Of a stretch of 33,059 bases of DNA, positions 9,744-17,899 are shown one piece after another. The stretch is taken from NCBI GenBank assembly GCA_964346995.1, contig CAYFXT010000004.1, positions 1 to 33,059 on the forward strand, given 5' to 3'. A program made the translations under genes and the position numbers. Under the pieces are notes generated by a model that saw only the letters and a program-made list of their open reading frames with translations, was not told the origin of the DNA and searched no databases. Every line of letters starts with the position of its first letter. Position 1 is the stretch's first letter. The DNA is from an uncultured Spirochaetaceae bacterium (GTDB lineage: Bacteria; Spirochaetota; Spirochaetia; SZUA-6; Bin103).

Positions 9744-10954
9744 CCGGCCATCGGACCGGCTGCGCCGTGGCGGCCGGTCGACGCTGGCGGCGGCTGCGGT
9801 TGCCGGTGAGCGTGGTTGCGACGGCGGTGCTGCTGACCGCCGCGGCCGGTGACGTGGTCGCCGATCTCCGCACCACGGTGACCTTGGACGCGCAGGTGCT
9901 CGCCGCCTCCGATCCGCAGGAGACGCTGCTGGTGAGCAGCGGCGGCACGGCGCAATTCGATCTTGCTGCCATCGGCAATCGCAACGTGCGCGGCCAACTG
10001 AGCATCATCGCCGACCTGCACCGGCCGACCGGGGCGCTGGCAACCACCGGCGCCGCGTCGGACCACCTGACCACCAGTCTGGCGGTAAAGCGGGCGTTCA
10101 TTCGGGCGCGGCTACCCGACTTCCGGCTCACCGCCGGCAAGACGCGGCTCGCCTGGGGCCGGGGGCGGTTCTTCAACGCCGGCGACATCCTGTTCGGACA
10201 GCAGCCCGGGTTCGTCGCCGGCGCCAGCGAGTACCTCACCGCCACCGACTGGCTGGTTGCCGCTTACGTGCCGCTCGACCGATTGTCCTTTCTGGAGCTG
10301 GTGGCCCTGCCCCCTCCGGTACCGGAACGGATCGCCGACACCGATGCGGGCGCCCGGGCGGTGGTGCGCGTCGGCGAGCTGACGGCCGAAGGCGGCTACC
10401 TGTACGCGCTCGCCGGCGATGCTGCGGATCGCGAGCATCGCGGCTACCTGAGCCTGAAGGGGGCCCTGCCCGGCGTCGACTGGCACCTGAGCGCGGGCAC
10501 TGCGCTGCCGGACCAGGCCGACGCCGACCTGCGTGCGGCGGCGGGCGATCGTCTTTACCTCACCGGAGGCATGTTCGGCCTGGTCGATCTCGGCCTGGAA
10601 GCGGGTACGCTCAACCTGCGTCTGGAAGCCGCGCTACGCCCGTGGCGAGAGTGGCAGGCGGGTCCCGATACCGACACCAGCGTCTTCACCCTGGACCGGT
10701 ACGGCTTGTACCTGTTTCCGGAGGTCGGTTACAGCCCGGTCGACAACTGGCATCTCAGCCTGAGCGGGTTGGTTTCGCCCGTCGATGGCTCCGCGGTGGC
10801 GGCGGCCGGCGCCTCATGGAACATTCTGCAGGGGCTCACGTTCAGCCTCCACACGTCGGTCATGCTGGGCGAGGAGCACGATACGTTCGCCTGGGGCCGG
10901 CCCGGAAGCGTCGCCACCACGCTGGCCGCCCGCTTCGTGTACGGCTCGACGTGA
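9740..10954 (+). CDS. Exported hypothetical protein, probable outer-membrane beta-barrel
   Basis: Signal peptide, LTAGKTRLAWGRGRFFNAGD, alternating-residue strands, C-terminal LAARFVY; start TTG 9740 (TTGA overlap) or GTG 9767. Confidence 0.65.
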   Translation: MTGHRTGCAVAAGRRWRRLRLPVSVVATAVLLTAAAGDVVADLRTTVTLDAQVLAASDPQETLLVSSGGTAQFDLAAIGNRNVRGQLSIIADLHRPTGALATTGAASDHLTTSLAVKRAFIRARLPDFRLTAGKTRLAWGRGRFFNAGDILFGQQPGFVAGASEYLTATDWLVAAYVPLDRLSFLELVALPPPVPERIADTDAGARAVVRVGELTAEGGYLYALAGDAADREHRGYLSLKGALPGVDWHLSAGTALPDQADADLRAAAGDRLYLTGGMFGLVDLGLEAGTLNLRLEAALRPWREWQAGPDTDTSVFTLDRYGLYLFPEVGYSPVDNWHLSLSGLVSPVDGSAVAAAGASWNILQGLTFSLHTSVMLGEEHDTFAWGRPGSVATTLAARFVYGST

Positions 10955-10998
10955 GTCCGCGCGGTTGGCCCGCACTTTCGAGTCAGGTATCCTGATCG

Positions 10999-11325
10999 GT
11001 GACCATGCTGCACGTGATTGTTTCCATGACGGTCGAGCCGGGTCGGCTTGACGAGTTCCTCGCCGTGGCGCGTCAACTGGCGCCCATGGTGCAGGCCGAA
11101 CGGGGCTGCCTGCGCTACGAATACACGGTCGATACCGCATCGCCGCTCCCGATTCAGGAACCGGTGGAAGATCACCGGATCACGCTGATCGAGCAGTGGG
11201 AATCAACCGCGGCGCTCGCCGCCCACCTGCAGGCGCCGCACATGAAACAGTACGGGCCCCGGATTGCGGAACTGCGCACCGGCGCCGTCACCGCCCGGGT
11301 CACACGTCCCATCGACGACACCTGA
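10999..11325 (+). CDS. Antibiotic-biosynthesis monooxygenase family (YgiN/quinol monooxygenase-like)
   Basis: AERGCLRYE, TLIEQWESTAALAAHLQAPHM. Confidence 0.85.
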   Translation: MTMLHVIVSMTVEPGRLDEFLAVARQLAPMVQAERGCLRYEYTVDTASPLPIQEPVEDHRITLIEQWESTAALAAHLQAPHMKQYGPRIAELRTGAVTARVTRPIDDT

Positions 11326-11464
11326 GCGAAAGGACGGGATTGGGCCACCCTCCTGCCACGGCGATCGCCGCGTAGATGATGCCGCCCACCGCCGCCACTT
11401 CCGTGCCGCTTCGCGGCCCTTCGGGGCGCCGCCGACAGGCGACCGTTTCGGTGCATTAGGCCCG

Positions 11465-11938
11465 GTGAACCGCTACGGGGCAGCGCTATCGGTGGGAACC
11501 GGTATCACGGCGCATATCCTGCGCGGATACCTGGCCGTAGCGCGGGTCGTGGGATTCTTTGCGGTGGTGGTGCTCGGCGCCGCGGCCGCCGGAGCCGCCA
11601 TCGCCATCCCGCTGTGGTTGTTCGCCACCCATGCCACGCTGGCATACAACTGGTTCGTCGTGGCGGCATTCGCCGGCACCGTGCTGGGTGTGGTGGCGAG
11701 TCGCGTAGTGCGCCGGGCGCCTGACACCGGCCGCTACCTGCGCCGGTTGGCGGCCACCGCAATCCTGGTCGCGGCGCGTGCGCTGGCCGTGGTTGTCCTG
11801 GTGCTCTGCGGGCTAACGGTGTTCGCCCGCTGGGGCATGCTGCCCGGAGTGATCGTCCTGCCGGTGGTCGCGGCATTGGCCGGGGTGGCACTGTTCGTGC
11901 CCCGGCGCGGGCGTGCGAGCGATCGACGGCGGCTTTAG
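11465..11938 (+). CDS. Hypothetical membrane protein (about 4 TM)
   Basis: Four hydrophobic segments with IAIPLWLFAT; start uncertain (GTG 11465 chosen). Confidence 0.65.
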   Translation: MNRYGAALSVGTGITAHILRGYLAVARVVGFFAVVVLGAAAAGAAIAIPLWLFATHATLAYNWFVVAAFAGTVLGVVASRVVRRAPDTGRYLRRLAATAILVAARALAVVVLVLCGLTVFARWGMLPGVIVLPVVAALAGVALFVPRRGRASDRRRL

Positions 11939-11955
11939 CGAACCGTATCGAAACG

Positions 11956-12056
11956 GGGTGCATTCCCGTTCTGTGGTAGCAAGTACGAGCAGACGCCGCC
12001 ACGGGACGAGTCGACCCGCATGTCGAGCGCTCCTACCAGTTGGCGGGAATGCACCC
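11956..12056. repeat. 101-nt closed hairpin element (REP/REPIN-like), copy A of a dispersed repeat
   Basis: Perfect 13-bp arms GGGTGCATTCCCG (11956-11968)/CGGGAATGCACCC (12044-12056); inner TGGTAG/CTACCA and TCGAC/GTCGA stems; 3' half matches 32251-32307 and the reverse complement of 32817-32868. Confidence 0.8.
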
Positions 12057-12077
12057 TACTCTATTGAACGAGCGGTA

Positions 12078-12107
12078 TTGAACTACCTGACAGAGGTAGC
12101 GTATACT
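12078..12107 (+). promoter_or_regulatory. Sigma70-like promoter with a palindrome in the spacer
   Basis: TTGAAC-N18-TATACT; CTACCT-N5-AGGTAG at 12083-12099; TATTGAAC repeated at 12062 and 12076. Confidence 0.6.
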
Positions 12108-12112
12108 CTTCC

Positions 12113-12313
12113 AGAAGGTTCCTGTGGTGGATTTGCGTTGCCGCCGTGCATGGCCAAACGTCGGCGATTCATTCCTCTCAGGTTTCGCCATTCTCTGTCG
12201 ATAATTGGAGTGTCGGTTGCAAAATTGAGTTCCCCTCCCAGTTTACTTCGTTTTGCGCCGGCACCCGAAAGGGTAGGTCGGTCCCCTCTCGAGGGGGCCG
12301 ACCGTTTTGTTTT
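12113..12313 (+). ncRNA. Candidate structured sRNA or attenuator leader of the PBP1A gene (family not recognised)
   Basis: Lies between the promoter and terminator; lower GC than flanks; about 20-bp G-U-containing stem 12210-12264 with loop UCCCCUCCCAGUUU; GAAA tetraloop 12263-12274. Confidence 0.5.
12276..12313 (+). terminator. Intrinsic terminator-like hairpin
   Basis: 12-bp stem GGTCGGTCCCCT/AGGGGGCCGACC, loop CTCG, followed by GTTTTGTTTT. Confidence 0.7.
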
Positions 12314-12325
12314 CAGGGGTCCTTC

Positions 12326-14794
12326 ATGACCCGAATAGGCGTTGTCGTTTGTCTGCTCGTGGCGACCGCGGTGGGCACCGCGGTCGGTCTGTCGATGGCC
12401 GGCACCCGCAACATCCGCAGCCTGGACGTATACGAGCGCGACAAGCCGGCGTTGCCGACGCAGATCCTCGACCGCCACGGGCGCCTGATCACCCAGTTTT
12501 TTCGCGACCAGAAGCGGGAAATCATCCGCTTCGAGGAACTGCCCCCGCATCTGATTCAAGCCCTTCTCACGCGCGAGGACCGCCACTTCTTCGAGCATCG
12601 CGGGTTTCGCATCCCCGACACGATCCGCGCCGCGTGGAACATGGTAACCGGCCGCTTCTGGTCGGGCGGCTCCACGATTACCCAGCAGCTTGCCGGCTCC
12701 ATCTACGCGGACCGCACCGAGATAACGATCCGGCGCAAGCTCGTCGAGCTGTGGTGGGCGATCCAGCTTGAGCGGTGGCTCACCAAGAATGAAATCCTGG
12801 AACGCTATCTCAACCTGGTGTACTTCGGCGAGGGAACCTACGGCGTCGAGGCGGCTGCGCAGTTCTACTTCAAGCGCTCGGCCCGCGACGTATCGCTGGC
12901 CGAGGCCGCGATGCTGGTGATCCAGCTCAACCGGCCCGGCGGTAACTCCCCGATCAACCATCCCAACCGGGCGCGCGTCCTGCAACGCGAAATTCTCAAC
13001 CAGATGGTGGAGCGCGGGTCGGCGACCGCGGAGGAAGCCGATTTCTCCTTCGAGCAGTACTGGGAAAACTACGACTTTACCCGCTCCAACCGCTCCACGG
13101 CGTTCCTGGAGCGGGCGGACGCCGCTCCCTACTTCAGCGAATTCGTACGCGGCCAGCTTGACGAATTGATGCTGGGATCGATGGACGTCTACCAGGATGG
13201 ACTGATCGTCCGCACCACCCTCGATCTGGACTATCAGCGCGCAGCGCAGGCGACGCTCGCCAGCCACCTGGAACGGGTCAACGACACCCGCGCCAACAGC
13301 GCCAACGAGCGCCGGACGGTGGCGGATACCACCTTTCTGCCGATGGTCGATCTGCTCTCGCTCACCTTCAACGTGAACGACATCCGGGTCGCGGGGATTC
13401 GTGAGCGCAAGCAGGGCACCGAGCGCTTCGTCAACGAGCTGGCCCCGACCCTCGATCTGTTGGGTATGATGCTCGACGTCCGCGACCTGCACGCAATATC
13501 GGCAGCCGCCTACGGGCGCGGCGAGCGGGCGGCCCGGCGTACCCAGATCGAGGGCGCGTTGATCACCCTCGACGCTCGCAGCGGCCACATCCTGGCCATG
13601 GTCGGCGGCAGCGGATTCAACACCGGCAATCAGTTCAACCGAGCCACTCAGGCCAAGCTGCAGCCCGGCTCGGCGTTCAAACCGCTGTACTATTCGGCCG
13701 CGATCAGTTCGGGACGCTTTACGCCAGCCACCATGATCGCGGACGCACCGGTAGTGTTCGAGAACGACGACGGCAGCCCCTACATTCCCCTCAACTACAA
13801 GGGTGAGTGGACGGGGCGCGTGCTGCTGCGCACCGCCCTCGCCCGCTCCATGAACGTTCCCTCGCTGAAGGTGCTGGACGCCATCGGCTTCGATGCCGCG
13901 ATCGAACGCGCCAGCCGCATGCTCGGCATCGAGGCTCCCGACGAGATCGAGGCCACGTTTCCGCGCAAGTATCCGCTCGGTCTGGGCATCATAGCGGTCT
14001 CGCCGCTGCAGATGGCGCGCGCCTACGCGACTTTTGCCAATGCAGGGCAGGCGGTCACTCCGCTGGCGATTCAATACGTCATGGACCGCAACGGGCGGAT
14101 GGTGCTGGAGGTGGAGAAGGAGCTGCGTGCCCGGCAGAAAGCGGCCCGGCAGGAACGCCAGATCATGACCCCGCAGACGGCATACATCATGACCCACCTG
14201 CTGCAGAGCACCGTACAGTGGGGCACGCTGCGGTGGGCGTCCGGATTGGCCGGCGGCTTCGCGACCGAAACCGCCGGCAAGACCGGCACCACGCAGAACT
14301 GGTCGGATGCCTGGACGGTCGGATTCACGCCGCGGCAGGTGACCGCGCTGTGGATGGGTTTCGATGAACGCGGTGAGACCCTGGGGTTGAACCTGACCGG
14401 CGCTACCGCCGCCGGGCCGGCATGGGCCGCGTACATGAAGGCAGTCGAGCCGCGGCAACCGCTGCATTTCATCCGGCCGCAGACCGGGCTGATCGAAGTT
14501 ACCGTGAACGCCCGCTCGGGGCTGCTGCCATCCGGCGCAGCCGGCGAACAGATCATCCAGGAGATCTTCCTTGCCGGGACCGATCCCAAGGAGCGCGACA
14601 CGCTGCTGGCGTACGAATCCGGTCGCCGTGCCGACATCGTCGGCAACCTGCGTCGCGCAATACGATTCGTGGACACCGGTCCGCCCCTCGCGCTGGCGCC
14701 GCTCGATAGTGCCACCCCGCCGCTGGTGCCGGGGCGCGGGGCGACCGCCACGCGCAGCGGACCGACACGGCGAGGGAATCCGCTGCTCGACTGA
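12326..14794 (+). CDS. Class A penicillin-binding protein (PBP1A family; transglycosylase plus transpeptidase)
   Basis: N-terminal TM; GT51 motifs EDRHFFEHRG, GGSTITQQL, RKLVE; transpeptidase motifs SAFK, SMN, KTGT. Confidence 0.95.
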   Translation: MTRIGVVVCLLVATAVGTAVGLSMAGTRNIRSLDVYERDKPALPTQILDRHGRLITQFFRDQKREIIRFEELPPHLIQALLTREDRHFFEHRGFRIPDTIRAAWNMVTGRFWSGGSTITQQLAGSIYADRTEITIRRKLVELWWAIQLERWLTKNEILERYLNLVYFGEGTYGVEAAAQFYFKRSARDVSLAEAAMLVIQLNRPGGNSPINHPNRARVLQREILNQMVERGSATAEEADFSFEQYWENYDFTRSNRSTAFLERADAAPYFSEFVRGQLDELMLGSMDVYQDGLIVRTTLDLDYQRAAQATLASHLERVNDTRANSANERRTVADTTFLPMVDLLSLTFNVNDIRVAGIRERKQGTERFVNELAPTLDLLGMMLDVRDLHAISAAAYGRGERAARRTQIEGALITLDARSGHILAMVGGSGFNTGNQFNRATQAKLQPGSAFKPLYYSAAISSGRFTPATMIADAPVVFENDDGSPYIPLNYKGEWTGRVLLRTALARSMNVPSLKVLDAIGFDAAIERASRMLGIEAPDEIEATFPRKYPLGLGIIAVSPLQMARAYATFANAGQAVTPLAIQYVMDRNGRMVLEVEKELRARQKAARQERQIMTPQTAYIMTHLLQSTVQWGTLRWASGLAGGFATETAGKTGTTQNWSDAWTVGFTPRQVTALWMGFDERGETLGLNLTGATAAGPAWAAYMKAVEPRQPLHFIRPQTGLIEVTVNARSGLLPSGAAGEQIIQEIFLAGTDPKERDTLLAYESGRRADIVGNLRRAIRFVDTGPPLALAPLDSATPPLVPGRGATATRSGPTRRGNPLLD

Positions 14795-14800
14795 ACCGGG

Positions 14801-15193
14801 ATGACGGATATGGAAGTACGCTACTCACTCGATCATCACTGGGCGCGGCGCGAATCGGCGCAGCGGATCACCGTCGGCCTGACTGACTTCGCGCAGCGGG
14901 AAATGGGCGAGATCGCCTATCTGGAATTGCCCGAGGTAGGCGTGAAGGTCTCCGCCGGGGTGGCGATATGCGCGATCGAATCGTTGAAGTCCGCCGGCGA
15001 ACTGTACGCTCCTGTCGCCGGGACCATCGTGGCATGCAACGAGCGGTTGACCCGCTCCGGTGGGGTGCGGCTGATCAACAGCGATCCGATGGGCGCGGGG
15101 TGGATCTTCGCCATGGAGATGGACGATCCGAGCGAGTACGAAGCGCTCCTTACGGCACGCGAATACGCGCGCCGTACGGCGGACGACCTCTGA
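14801..15193 (+). CDS. gcvH: Glycine cleavage system H protein (lipoyl carrier)
   Basis: VGLTDFAQREMGEIAYLELP, IESLKSAGELYAPVAG with the lipoyl lysine, INSDPMGAGWI. Confidence 0.9.
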   Translation: MTDMEVRYSLDHHWARRESAQRITVGLTDFAQREMGEIAYLELPEVGVKVSAGVAICAIESLKSAGELYAPVAGTIVACNERLTRSGGVRLINSDPMGAGWIFAMEMDDPSEYEALLTAREYARRTADDL

Positions 15194-15210
15194 AGCCGAT
15201 AAACAAAGTC

Positions 15211-15615
15211 ATGGAGGTCCCTATCGACTCGGTAGTGGTGCGCGAGCGAATCCGCTCCGACCTGGGCGAGTTGGAGCCGATGATGGCGAGCCTGCGTCGC
15301 CACGGGCAATTCAGCCCGATCCTGATCACCGGTGAATCGGAGCTGATTGCCGGCCATCGTCGGCTGGAGTCGGCACGGCGGCTCGGTTGGACCAGTATCG
15401 AAGCGGTGGTGGTGGATCAGTGCAGCGAAGAGGTGCGGCTGCAACTGGAGATCGAAGAGAACGTGCAGCGCAAGCAGCTCAGCAACGACGAGCTGGCGGC
15501 TGCCGTGGCGCGCCTGGAGCGGTTGCGCCATCCCTGGTGGCTGCTGCGCCTGCTGAGTTGGCTTGCGCGGCGCTGGCGCCGAGTCGCCGGCTGGATGTTG
15601 CGCCGCGGCCATTGA
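15211..15615 (+). CDS. Short ParB N-terminal (CTPase) domain protein with C-terminal amphipathic helix
   Basis: SLRRHGQFSPI, LIAGHRRL, EIEENVQRKQL; no HTH or dimerisation domain; 134 aa. Confidence 0.85.
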   Translation: MEVPIDSVVVRERIRSDLGELEPMMASLRRHGQFSPILITGESELIAGHRRLESARRLGWTSIEAVVVDQCSEEVRLQLEIEENVQRKQLSNDELAAAVARLERLRHPWWLLRLLSWLARRWRRVAGWMLRRGH

Positions 15616-15646
15616 CCGTCCGCCTGCCGGCCTCCGGTATCTCCCC

Positions 15647-17554
15647 TCAGCGCCCTACCGCGGCGGTGATCTGCTGCCGGGTGACCGAATACCACAACGG
15701 CCGCCCGTGCGGGCAGTGTTGCAGGTCGATGGCAAACGAGTCGCGCACGACGCTGACGGCCGCGTCGTGGTCAAGCACCTCGCCATCCTTGACCGCCAGC
15801 TTGCAGGCCACGTCGGCGAGCACGGCACGTTCCAGATCCTGTTCGCTGCCGCGCATGCCGGCCAGGTAAGCGGCCAGCCAGGCCGCCGGGAGCCGGTGCA
15901 GCGGCTCGGCCAAAGCGGTGATGCGCAGTGGATGTCCCGCCTCCCGTTCGACCACGATGCCCATGCGGCCGAGCACACCGTGCGCCGCGAGCAGCGCGGC
16001 GGCAGCCGCAGGGTCCGGCTCCAGTTCGATGGGGATGAGGAGCTGCTGCACGGGAAAGGCGCGGCGGCGCAGTTGCTCGTACAGCACCCGCTCGTGGGCG
16101 GCGTGCTGATCGACGAAGTAGAGGGTCCGGTCGATCTCCACCAGCAGGAACATGCCCAGAGACTGACCGATGTAGCGGAACCCTCCGCGCAGGTCGGGGA
16201 CCGCGGTGGCTCCCGGTGCGGACGGTCCGGGAGTGAACGCGCCGCCGGGAGACGTGAGTGGCTGCGCAGGTGCGGGTGGCGCCGGCGCGTCGGCGGGGTA
16301 CGGGCCCGGATCGTGAGCTGCAACCGGTAGCGTGCGGTCGGCACGGAGCGCTCCGGCAGCGCTCGAATAGGGGGTCGCCGGTTCAGCTACCGCCGCCGGC
16401 GGTTGCGCGTCGGCGGCGCCGGGGGCCGCATGTTGGTTTCGGCCCACGAACGGCAGCGTAGGCGGAGGCACTGGTGGGGGCGCCGCCATCGGTGAGCGCA
16501 GGCCGGACCGGGAAGCCGCTTCCTGCACGACGCGCACCACCGCCTGATGGAGCGGCGCCAAGTTGCGAAAGCGTGCTTCCCGTTTGGCGGGATGCACGTT
16601 GAAGTCGACCAGATGGGCGGCAATTTCCACGAACAGACAGGCCACGGGATGGCGGGCGCCCGGCAGCACCGCGCCGTAGCCATACTCCACCGCTTGCGCG
16701 AGGCCGTACTCCTGAATGCGCCGGCGATTGACGAACACCATGAGGCGCGAGCGGTCGCGCCGGGCAAGCTCGGGGCGCGCGCCGACCAACGTGACCTGGA
16801 AATCGGCGAAGCGGCGGCGGGCATGCAGCAGGTCTCCGGGGGCGACCCGGCTGCCGAGCACTTCCGCCACGCGCTGGCGCAGATCGGTAGCGGCCAGGAC
16901 CGTATCCGAGGAGCCATCCACCGACAGCCGGAACGTGACCTGCGGATGGGCGAGCGCCTTCTCCATCAGAACGCGCCGGCACAGCGTCGTTTCGGTTCCC
17001 GGGCGACGCAGGAAACGGCGGCGCGCCGGCAGATCGGCGAACAGCCGCGTCACCTCGATCCGGGTGCCGGGAGCTGCCGCCGTGCCGGTGATGCGCCGCC
17101 CGCGACTGTCGGCGAACAGGCGCGCCGCACCCGCCGCGGTGCGCGGCCGGCTCACGACTTCCAGGCGGGCGCACGCCGCAATACTGGCCAGCGCCTCGCC
17201 GCGGAAACCGAGCGTGGTGACCCGTTGCAGATCCTGCTCGTCACTGATCTTGGAGGTGGCGTGCCGCAGCGCCACGAAGTCCAGATCGGCGCGGGCGATG
17301 CCGTGGCCATTATCACGGACCGCGATCTGGCCGAGGCCGCCGGAGTGCAGTTCGACCGCAACCTCGTCGGCGCCGGCGTCGAGCGCGTTGTCGATCAGCT
17401 CGCGCACGATCGAAAAGGGCCGCTCGATCACCTCGCCAGCCGCGATCCGGTCCGCTACCTGATCGTCGAGTATTCTGATCGCCGCGCGCTCCGTTGTCGC
17501 CAGCGCGTGGTCGACTTCCGCGTCGGGAAGTGGCAAATGCCGGTCGGGCGCCAT
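15647..17554 (-). CDS. mutL: DNA mismatch repair endonuclease MutL
   Basis: IAAGEVIERP, RHATSKI, TLGFRGEALASIA, DFNVHPAKREARF, DQHAAHERVLYE, ACK, CPHGRP; start approximate. Confidence 0.95.
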   Translation of the reverse strand: MAPDRHLPLPDAEVDHALATTERAAIRILDDQVADRIAAGEVIERPFSIVRELIDNALDAGADEVAVELHSGGLGQIAVRDNGHGIARADLDFVALRHATSKISDEQDLQRVTTLGFRGEALASIAACARLEVVSRPRTAAGAARLFADSRGRRITGTAAAPGTRIEVTRLFADLPARRRFLRRPGTETTLCRRVLMEKALAHPQVTFRLSVDGSSDTVLAATDLRQRVAEVLGSRVAPGDLLHARRRFADFQVTLVGARPELARRDRSRLMVFVNRRRIQEYGLAQAVEYGYGAVLPGARHPVACLFVEIAAHLVDFNVHPAKREARFRNLAPLHQAVVRVVQEAASRSGLRSPMAAPPPVPPPTLPFVGRNQHAAPGAADAQPPAAVAEPATPYSSAAGALRADRTLPVAAHDPGPYPADAPAPPAPAQPLTSPGGAFTPGPSAPGATAVPDLRGGFRYIGQSLGMFLLVEIDRTLYFVDQHAAHERVLYEQLRRRAFPVQQLLIPIELEPDPAAAAALLAAHGVLGRMGIVVEREAGHPLRITALAEPLHRLPAAWLAAYLAGMRGSEQDLERAVLADVACKLAVKDGEVLDHDAAVSVVRDSFAIDLQHCPHGRPLWYSVTRQQITAAVGR

Positions 17555-17611
17555 CAACCCGGTCCTGCAACCGCACCGGGCGAGCCTGTTATACTGGCGC
17601 CGGCCCACGCG

Positions 17612-17899
17612 ATGGTCGTCTCGATGTTACATCTGGTCATTGATCTTCCTGGCGTCGGGTCGCTGAAGGAGAAGCGCCGCGTGGTCGGGTCGCTGAAGGA
17701 GCGAGTCCGCCACAAATATCAGGTGTCGGTCGCCGAAGTCGGGGCCAACGACCGCTGGAACGTGGCCGAGATCGGTTGCGCCGTAGTCTCCAATTCGCAC
17801 ACCCACGGTGAGGCAGTCTTGCACAAAGTGATCCTCTTTGCGGAGGACAATCTGGCGTTTCCCATCCGCACCGCGCAGGTGTTCTCCGAACACTACTGA
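17612..17899 (+). CDS. DUF503 (YlxP-like) protein
   Basis: SLKEKRRVVGSLKERVRHKYQVSVAEVG, IGCAVVSN; TATACT at 17590-17595; 95 aa. Confidence 0.85.
   Translation: MVVSMLHLVIDLPGVGSLKEKRRVVGSLKERVRHKYQVSVAEVGANDRWNVAEIGCAVVSNSHTHGEAVLHKVILFAEDNLAFPIRTAQVFSEHY

Noticed and set aside
11956-12056. SRP RNA or tRNA candidate (about 100-nt hairpin)
   Set aside because: Lacks the SRP CAGG...GRAA...AGCA domain IV motif on either strand, has no cloverleaf or T-loop, and partial copies occur elsewhere
12146-12325. 60-aa N-terminal extension of PBP1A in the ORF track
   Set aside because: ATG 12326 has an AGGGG site and directly precedes the TM anchor; upstream sequence looks non-coding
12150-12329. Short ORF MAKRRRFIPLRF...GPS ending in an ATGA overlap with PBP1A
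   Set aside because: Atypical codon usage, no SD and it crosses the terminator hairpin; RNA structure explains the region better, though a leader peptide is not excluded
16180-16500. Pro/Ala-rich stretch in mutL as an insertion
   Set aside because: It is the normal variable linker between the ATPase and endonuclease domains
16547-17611. 450-aa ORF 16547-17899 as one protein
   Set aside because: Only the last 95 codons (DUF503) are supported; the rest is antisense to mutL
17893-17899. Convergent 7-nt overlap of the DUF503 and HD hydrolase 3' ends
   Set aside because: Short convergent overlaps are common and give no evidence of functional linkage
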